The position numbers and the translations under genes were made by a program. The notes beneath the pieces were generated by a model that saw only the letters and a program-made list of their open reading frames with translations, was not told the DNA's origin and did no database searches. A DNA stretch of 64,000 nucleotides, taken from the NCBI RefSeq assembly GCF_013167455.1, contig NZ_CP038328.1. One strand, given 5' to 3'. This DNA is from Escherichia coli O157:H7. Lineage in GTDB: Bacteria; Pseudomonadota; Gammaproteobacteria; Enterobacterales; Enterobacteriaceae. This document shows, piece after piece, positions 60,041 through 64,000 of the stretch (position 1 is the first letter of the stretch; each line of letters opens with the position of its first letter).

Positions 60041-60056
60041 ACGAAAACGTTTGCGT
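60041..60056. promoter_or_regulatory. PurR box upstream of purT
   Basis: acgaaaacgtttgcgt is the exact reverse complement of the PurR consensus ACGCAAACGTTTTCGT. Confidence 0.75.
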
Positions 60057-60101
60057 GTGTCTTTATTGCTGGTGTTGATCTCTCAACCGAAAAGAAATAT
60101 A

Positions 60102-60117
60102 CTGTATAGAATCACAG
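60102..60117 (+). promoter_or_regulatory. LexA (SOS) box of yebG
   Basis: ctgtatagaatcacag matches CTGT-N8-ACAG. Confidence 0.75.
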
Positions 60118-60136
60118 TTATTATGAGAGGCTGCAA

Positions 60137-60427
60137 ATGGCGGTTGAAGTTAAATACGTAGTCATTCGTGAGGGCGAAGAGAAAATGTCGTTTACCAGCA
60201 AAAAGGAAGCCGATGCTTATGACAAAATGCTTGATACGGCGGATCTGCTTGACACCTGGCTGACAAATTCTCCAGTGCAAATGGAAGACGAGCAACGTGA
60301 AGCCCTTTCGCTATGGCTGGCAGAACAAAAAGATGTGCTGAGCACCATTCTGAAAACCGGCAAATTACCGTCCCCACAGGTCGTCGGTGCTGAATCCGAA
60401 GAGGAAGATGCCTCACACGCGGCCTGA
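60137..60427 (+). CDS. yebG: DNA damage-inducible protein YebG
   Basis: 96-aa ORF downstream of a LexA box. Confidence 0.9.
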   Translation: MAVEVKYVVIREGEEKMSFTSKKEADAYDKMLDTADLLDTWLTNSPVQMEDEQREALSLWLAEQKDVLSTILKTGKLPSPQVVGAESEEEDASHAA

Positions 60428-60445
60428 AGCAACTTGCGCTCCTGA

Positions 60446-60850
<405 letters not shown>

Positions 60851-61176
60851 TGGGTTCTGATAATTCGATTGACCGTTGGCGGATGCGGCGCGAGTGCCTT
60901 GTCCGCCCCAGAACGCACCACAATCGTAGGCCTGAGAAGACGCAACAGCGTCGCATCGGGCAATCAGCATCAAACAATGCCACTCAAAACGACAAACTAC
61001 TTTCACCTAAAATACCCTTATCACCTGATATACAGTAAATACCTTACCTGGCGCGAATTTCTTTGAATAACGGCCTACCGCCCCGCTTATTTGCGCATCT
61101 TTTGTCTCGATATACATTTTCTGACATCCTCATCCTCTATGCTACAGGCACTAAAAATGGTTATTGAGGAGCAAAT

Positions 61177-61836
61177 ATGGCTAACTGGTTAAATCAACTG
61201 CAATCCCTGCTTGGGCAAAGCAGTTCTTCTACCTCCTCGTCTGCGGATCAGGGATTGGGCAAACTTTTAGTGCCGGGCGCATTAGGCGGACTGGCTGGAC
61301 TGCTGGTCGCAAATAAATCAGCACGTAAACTTCTTACGAAATATGGCACCAACGCGTTGCTGATTGGCGGCGGAGCGGTAGCGGGTACGGTGCTGTGGAA
61401 TAAATACAAAGATAAAATTCGCGCGGCGCATCAGGACGAACCGCAGTTTGGCTCGCAAAGTACGCCGCTGGATGAGCGTACGGAACGTTTGATCCTTGCG
61501 CTAGTCTTTGCCGCTAAAAGTGATGGTCATATTGATGCCAAAGAACGTGCGGCAATCGACCAGCAATTGCGTGAAGCCGGCGTGGAAGAGCAGGGGCGGG
61601 TACTCATTGAGCAGGCAATCGAACAACCGCTGGATCCACAACGCCTGGCTACCGGGGTCCGCAATGAAGAAGAGGCGCTGGAAATCTATTTCCTGAGCTG
61701 CGCGGCTATTGATATTGACCATTTTATGGAACGCAGTTACCTGAATGCACTGGGTGACGCGCTGAAAATCCCCCAGGATGTTCGTGAAGGCATTGAACGC
61801 GATCTCGAACAGCAAAAACGCACTTTGGCGGAATAA
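61177..61836 (+). CDS. yebE: Inner membrane protein YebE (DUF533)
   Basis: 219-aa ORF. Confidence 0.88.
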   Translation: MANWLNQLQSLLGQSSSSTSSSADQGLGKLLVPGALGGLAGLLVANKSARKLLTKYGTNALLIGGGAVAGTVLWNKYKDKIRAAHQDEPQFGSQSTPLDERTERLILALVFAAKSDGHIDAKERAAIDQQLREAGVEEQGRVLIEQAIEQPLDPQRLATGVRNEEEALEIYFLSCAAIDIDHFMERSYLNALGDALKIPQDVREGIERDLEQQKRTLAE

Positions 61837-62017
61837 TTCCGCTCTCTGGATAGCCTGAAGTTGACTATTTCGGGCTATCCAGAACAGCACAGCCATTTGA
61901 ACAGGCTGATTTTCTCTGTCTGCATAACATTCGATATTCGCGCCATTACCTGTCATCATCTAAGCAATGACTGCCCTGTTTCGCTTGCATCCCCGGTGAG
62001 TTTTGCCACCCTTATAA

Positions 62018-64000
<1,983 letters not shown>

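Overview
This window reads as a contiguous stretch of Escherichia coli core chromosome, syntenic with the K-12 yecA-to-ptrB region (reverse-complemented relative to MG1655 numbering), and I did not find a convincing undescribed system in it. All calls come from reading the sequence and ORF translations against remembered protein families; no database search was run. Content: 62 protein-coding genes accounting for nearly all of the sequence, including flagellar region II and the chemotaxis cluster (flhDC, motAB-cheAW, tar-tap-cheRBYZ, flhBAE). Flanking genes are yecA, tyrP, ftnA/ftnB, araFGH, otsBA, uspC, argS, cutC, torYZ, cmoAB, aspS, nudB, yebC, ruvCAB, znuABC, mepM, lpxM, pykA, hexR, zwf-edd-eda, purT, yebGFE and a 3'-truncated ptrB. 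There is no rRNA, tRNA, CRISPR array, IS element, integrase or prophage gene. Recognisable regulatory sites include LexA boxes (ruvA, yebG), a PurR box (purT), a Zur box (znu), CRP sites (flhDC, azuC), TyrR boxes (tyrP) and sigma-28 promoters (tar, motA). Two embedded small RNAs (MotR, MicL) and several REP/BIME repeats are supported by sequence signals. The most worthwhile second-look items are the ~0.8 kb AT-rich ftnB-araF gap, low-GC yecT, and the uncharacterised yecD-yecE-yecN genes sharing an apparent operon with cmoA-cmoB.
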